A stretch of DNA of 64,000 bases from Eledone cirrhosa (Eukaryota), in the NCBI GenBank assembly GCA_964016885.1, contig OZ024758.1:24304001-24368000 (forward strand), in the 5' to 3' direction. The notes under the pieces are model-generated. The model had not been told where the DNA came from. It did not search any database and worked only from the letters and a program-made list of their open reading frames with translations. The first letter of the stretch is position 1, and every line of letters starts with the position of its first letter. Made by a program: the position numbers and the translations under genes. Positions 1 through 11,853 of this stretch are shown piece by piece.

Positions 1-117
1 GAACTTCTACATATTCGTTTGCCAAGCTAAAAATGGCAGCAAAATCTCCTTCCAGCATCACTATAACATCTTTAAAATGGAAAGATATATTGGATAACCG
101 TAGCCCTAGATATATTA

Positions 118-305
118 GGCGCATGGCTTAGAGGTTAGAGCGTTGGGCGTTGTGGGAGGTTGTGAGTTTGATCCTCGGACCGGGTGTTGCGTTGTGTCCT
201 TGAGCAAGGCACTTTATTTACGTTGCTCTAGTTTATTCAGCTGTAGAAATGAGCTGGCACTAAGCTGTATCAGCCTTTGCCTTTCCCTTGGACAACATTA
301 GTGGT
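118..305 (+). mobile_element. tRNA-derived SINE, family B (CORE/V-like central domain)
   Basis: A-box TGGCTTAGAGG, B-box GAGTTTGATCC, central GTGTCCTTGAGCAAGGCACTTTATTT..CAGCTGTAGAAATG. Related copies at ~6070-6335(-), 6775-6948(-), 10471-10720(+), 15355-15660(+), 19340-19660(-), 27180-27980(-, cluster), 35122-35335(+). Confidence 0.85.
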
Positions 306-599
306 GTAGGTTTTTAGGCAGGTCTGTAGTGAGCCATTAGAAAAAGCAAAAATGAATGTTTTACCTTCGAAAGAGGGACGACTCAAAAAAAAAACAAGAA
401 GAAGTTATATTAGACAGGAAAACAACTAATGAGATAGTCATAGCTGGATCGCGTTTGGTAATAAGTCAGTTCGATGGAGGCTAGCGAAAAGGAGGAAAAA
501 GAACACCATTGATTTGCGATATGACAGGTTCTTCATACCAGAGATATGGTTTCAATCAAAACATAGAAATATTTTTGTTAACATCATACCTTACAAGCA

Positions 600-1007
600 A
601 TAATGGTTTCTACGTTAGGCACAAGGCCAGCAATTACCCAGTGCATTACTGGTACTTTATTTTATCGACCCCGTAAGGATGAAAGGCAAAGTCAACCTCG
701 GCGGGATTTGAACTCAGATCGTAAAGGGACGTAACTATGCTGGAAAGCATGGCGTCCGACCCTCTACTGATACTGCCAATCCACCTTACAAGTAATAATG
801 GTTTCTACATTAGACCAATTTGGAGGGAAGGAAAAAGTTAATTAAATCAACCCTAGAGCATTACTGGTACTTTATTTTAGCGAGCTCGTAAGGATGAAAG
901 GCAAAGCTAATCTCGGCGAGATTTGAACTCAGGGCATAAAGAGCCATAACTATATGCAGCAAAGCATTCTGTTCGACGCTCTACCGACATTGCCAATCCT
1001 CCGCCAT
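600..1007 (-). mobile_element. Two tandem tRNA-derived SINEs, family A (Meta-like domain, (ATT)n tail)
   Basis: Reverse complement of TGGCAGTATC..GAGTTCAAATCC..GCCTTTCATCCTTACGGGGTCGATAAAATAAAGTACCAG..GGCCTTGTGCC. The first copy is flanked by the imperfect TSD CCTTACAAG(C/T)AATAAT. Confidence 0.85.
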
Positions 1008-1112
1008 TGTCTTATAAACAATAAGGCTCAATTTAAAATAACCAGAATTGATACATAACACCAGTTTACAGTGACAATATAGTTCTAAATATACAAAAGT
1101 TGTGGTTTTAGT

Positions 1113-1260
1113 CAGTGCCGGATTTAGGACAAATGAGGCCTTGTGCTAATTAAGTTATGGGGCCAACCATAGAATGTTTTTTGGCAGGAAGATGGTTTTC
1201 CCCTGACCAACAGGGCCCTGTGCTTAAGCACACCTAAGCACAATGGTAAACCCGACACCG
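1113..1260. mobile_element. hAT-type MITE (148 bp)
   Basis: Imperfect TIR CAGTGCCGGATTTA / TAAACCCGACACCG; 8-bp TSD GTTTTAGT (1105-1112, 1261-1268). Relatives at ~8377-8450 and 9385-9867. Confidence 0.8.
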
Positions 1261-1605
1261 GTTTTAGTTGATCACAATTGGCTTCACAGAAGCATTGTAG
1301 CCAACAGTTAGATATTTCTTAGATCACAGACAACACTGTCGCATTCATTTCCCTAACATATGAAACAGATATCATATTTATCTATTGCTGCGCTTTCATT
1401 GATAGATATGTGTTGGAAGGTTGGGTTCTTTTGCTGCAATAGTCATACATTTCTAAAGTAGGTGATGTGTGATATACTAAATTAGAACTAGTGCACAGTT
1501 ATTTCACACCACATTAAACATTCAACTACAGAAACTCAACGTTTGACGATATATCAGATCTTAAAGTCTTATATATCATCCTCTCGTTTCTGTTTTTGTT
1601 TTTGC

Positions 1606-2058
1606 TTCTTCTTCTTGTTGTCGGTGTTGGTACTGGTGGTGGTGTTGGTTGGTGGTGTTGGTGGTGGTACTGGTGGTGTTGTTGGTGTTGGTACTGGTGG
1701 TGGTGTTGTTGGTACTGGTGGTGGTGTTGTTGGTGTCGGTGGTGGTGTTGTTGGTGTTGGTGGTGTTGTTGGTGGTGGTGTTGGTACTGGTGGTGGTGTT
1801 GTTGGTGGTGGTGGTGGTGTTGTTGGTGTTGGTGTTGTTGGTGTCGGTGTTGGTACTGGTGGTGTTGTTGGTGTTGGTGGTGGTGTTGTTGGTGTTGGTG
1901 GTGGTGTTGTTGGTGTTGGTGGTGGTGATGGTGTCGGTGGTGGTGTTGGTGGTGGTGTTGGTGTCGGTGTTGTTGGGGTTGTTGTTGTTGGTGTTGTTGG
2001 TGTTGTTGGTGTTGGTGGTAGTGTTGTTGTTGCTGCTGCTGCTGCTGCTGCTTTGTTG
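1606..2058. repeat. Compound trinucleotide low-complexity tract (GGT/GTT/GCT)n
   Basis: Direct reading; explains the poly-G/V, W/C and T/N ORFs. Confidence 0.9.
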
Positions 2059-2475
2059 GATGGGTGGGTGTTTCGTTACTAAATAAAACGTAAAATTAAT
2101 TTCAACACAATACTCTATTATCTCCTCTGACCAACTTTCCACTTTACTCAACCATTTTTTATTCTATTTTATTTTATTTTATTTTATTTTATTTTATATT
2201 ATTTTACAAAAAAACGAAGAGGTGGAAATGGGGACAGGGTGCCACCTATGTTTCCTAAAAATTCTAACTATTGTTTGCTTTTTAAGCAGTTTGTTTAGCA
2301 AGGTAGAACAGTTTTATTTCATCTATAAAGAACCCTTTGTCTTCCGACATTGTGATAGAGTGTTAGTAATAAATGCTCAAATATATAGAAATAACTTAGC
2401 AGAAGATCAACATCTATGTTACAACAACGATGGGGTAGAGAATTCTTTGAATTTTCATATTTTATCTGGCTTTAG

Positions 2476-2693
2476 GGCGATGTATTGGCAGTGTCGGTAG
2501 AAGGTCGGACACCATGATTTGCAGCATAGAGTTACGGCCCTTTATGATCTGAGTTCAAATCCCGCCGAGGTTGACTTTGCCTTTCCTCCTTACGGGGTCG
2601 GTAAAATAAAGTACCAGTGACGCACTGGGCGTCGATTTAATCCACTTTCCCCTTCCTCCCAAATTGCTGGCCTTGTGCTTATATAAAAAACCA
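2476..2693 (+). mobile_element. SINE family A, full length
   Basis: A/B boxes, Meta-like core, TSD ATATTTTATCTGGCTT on both sides. Confidence 0.85.
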
Positions 2694-2889
2694 TATTTTA
2701 TCTGGCTTAGTTATATTACAAAAGATGACATGAGCCGTAAAAGCAAACGCTTGATAAATCTAGTCTGCGGTACGGTTTCGAGTCCTAGATGTAACACCAT
2801 ATAAAAATAATCGGTTTAAATAGAATAAATCACAAAATATGCAACATTAATATCTTCTCTCTCTCTCTCTCTCTTTATATATATATAAA

Positions 2890-3142
2890 TGCAAGTCGAT
2901 GTTGAAAGGTATGTCAAATCTATTTATTTATAAAACTGTCTATATTGTATTTTGTCTGAAGAAGGCATAACATATTGTTAATATGATATCCCTGAAATAT
3001 ATATAATGAAATAAATATGGTTTTATAAATATAGTTTCCATTTATTTAATATCGTAAATATACTCCAAATACTTGTTGAGTGCTTTTATATCAGTTATAA
3101 ATATTTACTCGTTGTAACCCAACAATTTAAATATAACTTTCC
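2890..3142 (+). mobile_element. (TA)n-embedded Penelope-like terminal-repeat fragment, family H1
   Basis: Flanked by (TA)n. Shares AATAAATATGGTTTTATAAATATAGTTTCCATT.. with 7351-7585(-), 42050-42186(+) and 46420-46535(+). Contains a hammerhead motif. Confidence 0.65.
2948..3013 (+). ncRNA. Type I hammerhead ribozyme motif
   Basis: Helix I TATTTTGT/ATGAAATA; core CTGAAGA (2956-2962); helix II closed by AGG/CCT; GAAA (2994-2997); helix III T-ATAT-A; cleavage triplet ATA (3003-3005). Confidence 0.75.
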
Positions 3143-3379
3143 ATATATATATATATATAAGGTTAATATATCTGAGGGTACAATGTACCCCCAGAAATAC
3201 ATAGGGTGTCTATGATTTAAGGTGGTTCTATGGTAATAATTTGATATACCAGAACTTAATATCAAGATAAGCAGAACAAGTAAAATTCAACCAATTTTTC
3301 AAAATAAATCAAAATTAATTTACAATTAAAATTAATCAAAATTAAAAAAATATAATATAAATATTTACCTATTCGAGTA

Positions 3380-3460
3380 GCTCTTACTGTACAGTTTCAC
3401 TTTGCAAAACATTAGATATCACATGGATATTAATGGAAAAGCAAAGATCATCAGAGAAGC
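3380..3460 (-). ncRNA. Type I hammerhead ribozyme motif (inverted copy)
   Basis: Reverse complement of 3807-3887. Confidence 0.75.
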
Positions 3461-3806
3461 ACTTGTTCTGCTTATCTTGATATTAAGTTCTGGTATATCA
3501 AATTATTACCATAGAACCACCTTAAATCATAGACACCCTATGTATTTCTGGGGGTACATTGTACCCTCAGATATATTAACCTTATTCATTATTCTCCGAT
3601 TATGTAGAGAAAAAATTCTGTCGTTCTATCTAGCTGCTAAAAATTTTTTTTGGTAGCGTACATAAACAACAAGTCTACGATTTCCCGCCTTCACTATACA
3701 CCAACGTATTTATGGGTCACTTTCACGACCTTTCAGACCTGTATTAGTTGGAGTGAGGTCATATATTTTATCGTTCCTGGGGTTTTTAACCCTAGGAAAG
3801 GAAAAT

Positions 3807-3887
3807 GCTTCTCTGATGATCTTTGCTTTTCCATTAATATCCATGTGATATCTAATGTTTTGCAAAGTGAAACTGTACAGTAAGAGC
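3807..3887 (+). ncRNA. Type I hammerhead ribozyme motif
   Basis: Helix I GCTTCT/AGAGC (1-nt bulge); CTGATGA 3813-3819; helix II CTTTGC/GCAAAG; GAAA 3869-3872; helix III C-TGTACA-G with a palindromic loop; cleavage triplet GTA 3880-3882. Confidence 0.8.
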
Positions 3888-4209
3888 TACTCGAATAGGT
3901 AAATATTTATATTATATTTTTTAATTTTGATTAATTTTAATTGTAAATTAATTTTGATTTATTTTGAAAAATTGGTTGAATTTTACTTGTTCTGCTTATC
4001 TTGATATATATATATATATATATATATAATAGGAAAAAAGTATGACCCCAATGGTGACCCCATACTGTGATTTATTCTATTTAAACCTAACGTGGTTGAT
4101 AAAATAAAGTACCAGTAATACACTGGGGTAATTGCTGGCCTTGTGCCAAAAGTTGAAATAATTATCGTTAGAAGTGCTAGAAAATGTGTCGAAGAACATA
4201 AGTCTAAAG

Positions 4210-6059
4210 CAGGGGCGTGGAACAGGCCACAATCTGGCCACAATCTGGCCCTGCTTTAGACTTATGTTCTTCAGTCAGAGTGGCCCACGATGACAGTGTT
4301 TAATTTTTATCTTGTAGGCTTATTTAGAATTTTTTTCGTAATACAATTTTCTGTTAGTTGACCTATACTAAAGGGCTTCACTGATAGGGTTATGTGTGTT
4401 ATAATGTCCCAGTTGACCTATACTAAAGGGCTTCACTTATAGGGTTATGTGTGTTATAATGTCCCAGTTGACCTATACTAAAGGACTTCACTGATAGGGT
4501 TATGTGTGTTATAATGTCCCAGTTGACCTATACTAAAGGGCTTCACTGATAGGGTTATGTGTGTTATAATTTCCCAGTTGACCTATACTAAAGGGCTTCA
4601 CTGATAGGGTTATGTGTGTTATAATGTCCAAGTTGACCTATACTAAAGGGCTTCACTGATAGGGTTATGTGTGTTATAATGTCCCAGTTGACCTATACTA
4701 AAGGGCTTCACTGATAGGGTTATGTGTGTTATAATGTCCCAGTTGACCTATACTAAAGGGCTTCACTGATAGGGTTATGTGTGTTATAATGTCCCAGTTG
4801 ACCTATACTAAAGGACTTCACTTATAGGGTTATGTGTGTTATAATGTCCCAGTTGACCTATACTAAAGGACTTCACTGATAGGGTTATGTGTGTTATAAT
4901 GTCCCAGTTGACCTATACTAAAGGACTTCACTGATAGGGTTATGTGTGTTATAATGTCCCAGTTGACCTATACTAAAGGACTTCACTGATAGGGTTATGT
5001 GTGTTATAATGTCCCAGTTGACCTATACTAAAGGACTTCACTGATAGGGTTATGTGTGTTATAATGTCCCAGTTGACCTATACTAAAGGACTTCACTGAT
5101 AGGGTTATGTGTGTTATAATGTCCCAGTTGACCTATACTAAAGGGCTTCACTGATAGGGTTATGTGTGTTATAATGTCCCAGTTGACCTATACTAAAGGA
5201 CTTCACTGATAGGGTTATGTGTGTTATAATGTCCCAGTTGACCTATACTAAAGGGCTTCACTGATAGGGTTATGTGTGTTATAATGTCCCAGTTGACCTA
5301 TACTAAAGGACTTCACTGATAGGGTTATGTGTGTTATAATGTCCCAGTTGACCTATACTAAAGGACTTCACTGATAGGGTTATGTGTGTTATAATGTCCC
5401 AGTTGACCTATACTAAAGGACTTCACTGATAGGGTTATGTGTGTTATAATGTCCCAGTTGACCTATACTAAAGGACTTCACTGATAGGGTTATGTGTGTT
5501 ATAATGTCCCAGTTGACCTATACTAAAGGGCTTCACTGATAGGGTTATGTGTGTTATAATGTCCCAGTTGACCTATACTAAAGGACTTCACTGATAGGGT
5601 TATGTGTGTTATAATGTCCCAGTTGACCTATACTAAAGGGCTTCACTGATAGGGTTATGTGTGTTATAATTTCCCAGTTGACCTATACTAAAGGGCTTCA
5701 CTGATAGGGTTATGTGTGTTATAATGTCCCAGTTGACCTATACTAAAGGGCTTCACTGATAGGGTTATGTGTGTTATAATTTCCCAGTTGACCTATACTA
5801 AAGGGCTTCACTGATAGGGTTATGTGTGTTATAATGTCCCAGTTGACCTATACTAAAGGGCTTCACTGATAGGGTTATGTGTGTTATAATTTCCCAGTTC
5901 CATGTTATTTGTCTTTATTGTTTAAAAATGTATTCACAATGTATTTATGACTCAATTCACTGGTTTTCATTAGATTACATATTTTTGGCAGTGACTGGCC
6001 CTAATAGTTGTTCCAATGTTCAAAAGTGGCCCGCCAATGGAATATGTTGCACACCCCTG
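4210..6059. mobile_element. hAT-type non-autonomous DNA transposon carrying a minisatellite
   Basis: TIR CAGGGGCGTGGAAC / GTTGCACACCCCTG; perfect 8-bp TSD GTCTAAAG (4202-4209, 6060-6067). Confidence 0.85.
4356..5895. repeat. 55-bp minisatellite, 28 copies
   Basis: Unit AGTTGACCTATACTAAAGG(G/A)CTTCACTGATAGGGTTATGTGTGTTATAATGTCCC. Confidence 0.95.
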
Positions 6060-6948
6060 GTCTAAAGTCTGTCTCAAGCCAGAAGGCTCGCTAGGCTGAT
6101 GCTGATCTCGGTTTCATAGCGTGAAGTGACTGACAGTACAAGACTCCCCCTGGACAGGGCGCCAGTCCATCACAGGGTTAAACTCCCAGCTATTGCTGGA
6201 ACTCATTTTCAGCTGAGAATACTGGAGCAACGTGAAATGAAGTGTTTTTCTCAAGAACACAACACGCAAACCAGCCCAGGAATCGAACCCACGATACTAT
6301 GATCGTAAATCTAACACCCTTACCACTAAGCCACACCAAAACAAGATAGCGATATATTTTGATTCTTCGTTAACTTAAGTTCACATCCCTTCCGCTTTTA
6401 GTTTCCAATGAAGAAAAATACTTATATTTATTCCAATCTCTTTATTTCTCTGGTCCATCTTCTGTGTCTAGTTAGAAAGGTTCCGACATTGTTAGAAGAG
6501 TTCCCCCTCCCTTCTTTTGTCGATTTTATGTCAGGTTAAACGGATTTATTACTTATTTGAATATAAACCAGTTTGTTGGAAACTGATCTTGTTTGTGAAT
6601 GAATTAGAAAGCCAAGCGAAAACGCTTAACTGTGCGTAGACAATAAAATATATTCTATATAAAAGCCATCTGATAAATCGCATGAGATATAGCTATTTGG
6701 ATATAAAATTTCATGCCATTATCGATTCAATTCAGGTTACTTGCAACAGATAAACTCTGTTACATATATATAAAGGAGTCGATCGACTTTCGTCAAATCG
6801 GACCGAGGAACAATGTTTCCGTTGGTCTTTCCAATTGCTAATACTATCTATCGGTCGCAACTCCAGGTAGAAGGAGCAACGTGAAATAAAGTGTCTTGCC
6901 CAAGGACATAACGCATCGCCTGGTCCAGGAATCGAACTCACAACCTTA

Positions 6949-7049
6949 CAGGGTGTCCCCCAAAAATGTATACACATATTGATTACTTGTACAGGCAATA
7001 TTTATTAGAATGCTGTTGAAGTGTGTATACATTTTTGGGAAACACCGTG
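6949..7049. mobile_element. Tc1/mariner-type MITE
   Basis: TIR CAGGGTGTCCCCCAAAAATGTATACAC / GTGTATACATTTTTGGGAAACACCGTG with TA on both sides. Confidence 0.7.
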
Positions 7050-7080
7050 TATGCATTATATATATATATATATATATATA

Positions 7081-7218
7081 TAGGAAAATGTATGACCCCG
7101 ACGGCAGAGCCCAAGCCGTTTCGACAGCTATTTCTGGAGCTCTGCCGTCGGGGTCATACATTTTCCTACTACCCACTCTACTACCTAAGTGTTGAGTACT
7201 CTGGTGCGTTATGGTCCA
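7081..7218. mobile_element. (TA)n-embedded fold-back fragment, family H4
   Basis: 30-bp inverted arms at 7081-7110 and 7139-7168; homologous to 46585-46980; includes the GAAA/helix III/TC half of a hammerhead on the minus strand. Confidence 0.65.
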
Positions 7219-7241
7219 TATATATATATATATATATATAA

Positions 7242-7291
7242 TCTGTTATAAATATATTTGTTGAATTACCAACAAATTAAATATCTCTTTG

Positions 7292-7353
<62 letters not shown>

Positions 7354-7585
7354 CAAAGAGATATTTAATTTGTTGGTAATTCAACAAATATATTTATAAC
7401 AGATTCGAAGCACTCGACAAGTTTTCTGGAGTATAATCTACAATGATATTAAATAAATGGAAACTATATTTATAAAACCATATTTATTCTATTATATATA
7501 TTTCAAGGGTACCAAAACTTTGGTACGCCCTCATCAGATAAAATACAGTGTGTTTTATAAATATTGACATATTCAGGAATCAGAC
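7242..7585 (-). mobile_element. Family H1 fragment with an inverted 3' end across a (TA)n tract
   Basis: 7242-7294 is the reverse complement of 7351-7403, with (TA)n in between; 7351-7585 is homologous to 2890-3142. Confidence 0.7.
7485..7545 (-). ncRNA. Type I hammerhead ribozyme motif
   Basis: Minus strand reads TATTTTAT CTGATGA GGGCGTACCAA-AGTT-TTGGTACCCTT GAAA T-ATAT-A TA ATAGAATA; helices I, II and III can all form. Confidence 0.8.
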
Positions 7586-7706
7586 CATATGTGTATATGT
7601 ATATGTATGTATGTATATATTATTGTCAGGTCACTCTTGAGTGCTACTGGTAACATGTAAATGTTATATCGTACATTGGCCAAACTCGATAATGAGAGGC
7701 CAGCTA

Positions 7707-8038
<332 letters not shown>

Positions 8039-8487
8039 GCGGATGAGTGTCTCTGCTTATATTTAAATTATAAGCTCTATTCATCACTGTTTTAACTAAG
8101 ACGTATTAACAATTTCTCTCAGCCTCTCCTCACTTTACTTACTTTAGGCGTACGTCTACTAGTTAATTATTCCTTATTATATCTACATAGTCATTATATG
8201 GTCTTGAAATATCCCCCATATGCCTTGGTGACTCATATTACCACTTTCCATTTGGCTATTAACTGAAGTGGACACACATTTGTTAACAAGGTCATTTCAC
8301 TCAGGTTGTACCATGTAACACCTCTCCCATCATACCCTAGTACCGCTATGTTATTTCTTTATAGTTAGTGATTAGCTGTGCCGGATTTAGGACAAATGAG
8401 GCCCTGTGATAGTTAAGTTATGTGGCCCCTTACTTGGGCCCTGAAGGAGAATTTTTGATTCCCTGAAGGAGAATTTTGATTCCAAAA

Positions 8488-8776
8488 CTGTAGCTATCTA
8501 TATTATTTCATTTATATCTGTAGCTATCTATACTCTAACTGTAGCTATCTATATTATTTCATTTATATCTGTAGCTATCTATACTCTAACTGTAGCTATC
8601 TATATTATTTCATTTATATCTGTAGCTATCTATACTCTAACTGTAGCTATCTATATTATTTCATTTATATCTGTAGCTATCTATACTCTAACTGTAGCTA
8701 TCTATATTATTTCATTTATATCTGTAGCTATCTATACTCTAACTGTAGCTATCTATATTATTTAATTTATATATAA
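8488..8776. repeat. 51-bp minisatellite (30+21 subunits), about 5.5 copies
   Basis: Unit CTGTAGCTATCTATATTATTTCATTTATAT-CTGTAGCTATCTATACTCTAA. Confidence 0.9.
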
Positions 8777-8966
8777 GCGGTGGATTGGCAGTGTCGGTAG
8801 AGAGTCGGACACCATGCTTTGAAGCATAGAGTTACGTCCCTTTATGATCTGAGTTCAAATCCCGCCGAGGTTAACTTTGCCTTTCATCCTTACGGGGTCG
8901 ATGAAATAAAGTACCAGTAATGTACTGGGTAATTGCTGGCCTTGTGCCAAAAATAGAAACAATTAT
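8777..8966 (+). mobile_element. SINE family A
   Basis: Full head, core and tail; TSD-like TTATTT(A/C)ATTTATAT. Confidence 0.85.
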
Positions 8967-9384
8967 TTCATTTATATCGCTCATTAACAGGAAACGGATT
9001 GTACCCCAGAAAATGTATTCCACCCCATGATGATGAAGACAGGATAAAGTTTAAACATGAATAGTAAAATTAATGCAGAGAATCACAGTTTATATCTAGT
9101 AAATATTTATGAATCCCTTATGACATGCCAAAACAAAAATCTGTTGTTGAGTCAAGGGGGCTGAATTTTCATTTCTGGGGCCCCTTGAATACATTGAAAA
9201 TAAAACCTCCCAAAACAACAACCACTTCTGAGTTTTCACAAAATGTCTGTCTCAGAGATTGTATTCTTATCAATTTTAATGTGTGGACACTGACAGTATT
9301 AATTTGAATTGGATTTTGTATAAAATACTCATAGCATACATCATGACAGTAATTATTCCAGTTCAATATAACCTCTGATGTTAG

Positions 9385-9867
9385 CAGTGCCGGATTTAGG
9401 ACAGATGAGGCCCTGTGCTAGTTAAGTTATGAGGCCCCTTACTTGGGCCTTGAAGGAGGTAATTCATCGTAAAACATTTTGGCAGGATACGGGGTTTCCC
9501 CTGGTCAACAGGGCCCTGTAATTAATATCATTTCAGGATGGATAGGGGAACGTGGAGTGGAAGCAATGCCATATTTAGGACGAGGCCCTATACTAGTTAA
9601 GTTATGAGTCCCCTTATTTGGGCCTTGAAGGAGGTAATTCATCGTAAAACATTTTGGCAGGATACGGGGTTTCCCCTGGTCAACAGGGCCCTGTAATTAA
9701 TATCATTTCAGGATGGATAGGGGAACGTGGAGTGGAAGCAATGCCATATTTAGGACGAGGCCCTATACTAGTTAAGTTATGAGTCCCCTTATTTGGGCCT
9801 TGAAGGGGGTAAAAAGAATTTGGCAGGAAGGTGGGCTCTCCTAAGCACAATAGTAAATCAGGCGCTG
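9385..9867. mobile_element. hAT MITE (1113 family) with an internal 175-bp tandem duplication
   Basis: Starts CAGTGCCGGATTTAGG and ends TAAATCAGGCGCTG; 9445-9619 is repeated at 9620-9794. Confidence 0.7.
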
Positions 9868-11314
9868 ATGATTATTACTCTCGCCTCAACTACTTTAATA
9901 TGAAAACTCTTACCTTATCTTTAATCCAATCCATATTTGCCTAACACTAGTAATCCTACTAAGGAGACGAATAGACAAAGTCGTTAGAATGTCGGATAGA
10001 ATGCTTTGTGGTATTCGGTCCGGCTTTCTGCTCTCTGAGTTCAAATCCCACCGAGGTCAACTTTGTCTTTCATCCTTTCGAGCTCGATAAAATAAAAGTA
10101 CCAGTTTAGTACTGGGGTTGATTTTTCCTCTATATCTCTTTCTATCCTTCTTTGGAAGAAATCTGATGTACTTAGACCTGGAGAGAGAAGGGCTTCAGAA
10201 GGTTGAAAATACCCCCCCAAAAACACCGTATGTCAATACGGCGCCCCTGCGACTCCATCGGAAGTTATGGTTTAGAAGAGAGAAGAGAGAGTAATCCCAC
10301 TAAATTGTTTAATCCTCTACTACAAGAGCTTGCCTGTGTATTACCCGGATCTCCCTCACCTCACCCCTAAATTACAATTTAATTTATTCCACTTCGGTTT
10401 AATTAAATTAAATATAATCAAATCTTTATTTAAGGAGCTCTACTGATCATACTATTTTTTCCTCTGTGAAGACGCGTAGCTTAGTGGTTGCAGTGTTGGA
10501 TTCGTAATCGTGAGGCTGCAAGTTCGATTCCCCGACTGGATGCTGTGTTGTGTCCTTGAGCAAGACACTTTATTTCACATTGCTCTTTCTGCCAGGAGTT
10601 GCGACCGGTAAATAGTATCGGCAATGGAAAAACCAATGGAAACATTGTTTCCTTGGCCCGCTTCGATGCGTTCCACCCCACTCGGTAAGCGAATAAGGTC
10701 TGCAATCTTGTTGATCGATTCCTTTGACTTTTGTTACTAGTTTTGCCACGTTAACGACAAAAGTCCACAGTTATTTCCCCTTAAATCTCTTATTTAATTA
10801 GCGGCCATGTATTTGTTTTGCAAGATTTTTTTATATGAAACCGTGTATTGAAACAGATACTATTATATTTGAAGATATTAGAACATCACCCTCCCCAAAT
10901 ATAACAATATCTTATTTAATTGTTTCCTATTCATTAAAAGTATACATTGCTCTATTTTAAATTATTTCCATTTGAAAGACTCATTGATTTTTGTTACTTT
11001 ATTTCATTGTAGTTCAACCATTAATAGAACATTTTAACGTATGAAACTCTTTATACCATTTTTTTAATTTAAAAACCACCTAAAATTACTTCTCTTTAAT
11101 CGGTCCATTAATAGTTTTAACTGCTAATAATATTTGCATAGATCCATCACACGACCATCAATATATCAATAAATATTGTTTTATATTCATAATTTATGAA
11201 ACTTTGCAAACTGTAGTCTTGATTTAAATTTCAAGTAACTCAGGCTTAATGTATTTTACCCTGAATGAAGTTTTCAACCAAACAAAGGCAACAACTACAA
11301 TATGAACGCTTCCA

Positions 11315-11853
11315 ATAATGGTTTCTGATTTAGGCACAAGGCCAGAAATTTGAAGGGGAAGGGAAAGTCAATTAAATCGACCCAGTGCATTACTGGTACT
11401 TTATTTTATCGACCCCGTAAAGATGAAGGCAATGTTAACCTCGCCGGGATTTGAACTCACTACTACTAATAATAATAATAAAGTTTGTTTCTACATTAGC
11501 AACAAGGTCAGCCATTTGAAGAGGCAAGGAAAGTCGATTAAATCCATCCCAGTGCATTACTGCTACTTTATTTTATCGATCCTGTAAAGATGAAAGGCAA
11601 AGCTAAACTCGACGGGATTTGAACTCAGAACGTAAAGGGCTGTAACTCTATACCACACTCGCCACCAATAATGGTTTCTGATTTCAGCATAAGGCCAACA
11701 ATTTTTAGGGGAGGGGAAAGTCGATTAAATCGACCCATTGCATTACTGGTACTTTATTTTATCGACCTCGTAAGGATGAAAGCAAAGTTAACCTCGATGG
11801 GATTTGAACTCAGAACGTAAAGGGCCGTAAATCTATACCACACTCGCCACCAA
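11315..11853 (-). mobile_element. Cluster of three SINE family A copies
   Basis: Three successive copies of the Meta-like core and B-box on the minus strand. Confidence 0.8.

Larger units (their letters stand above)
3158..4005. mobile_element. Hammerhead-bearing non-coding retroelement (retrozyme-like or PLE pLTR), 524-bp monomer plus inverted junction-spanning copy, in (TA)n
   Basis: The plus unit starts (3461) and ends (3985) with ACTTGTTCTGCTTATCTTGATA. 3158-3461 is the reverse complement of the unit end joined directly to the unit start. (TA)n on both flanks. Confidence 0.75.

Noticed and set aside
118-190. tRNA genes
   Set aside because: A/B boxes run directly into SINE bodies; these are SINE heads, not cloverleaf genes.
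1543-2151. Gly/Val-rich or Thr/Asn-rich protein
   Set aside because: Trinucleotide low-complexity tract open in several frames; no convincing splice signals.
4356-5895. CRISPR-like array
   Set aside because: Units are contiguous with no unique spacers, there are no cas genes, and the context is eukaryotic. The same applies to the other arrays.
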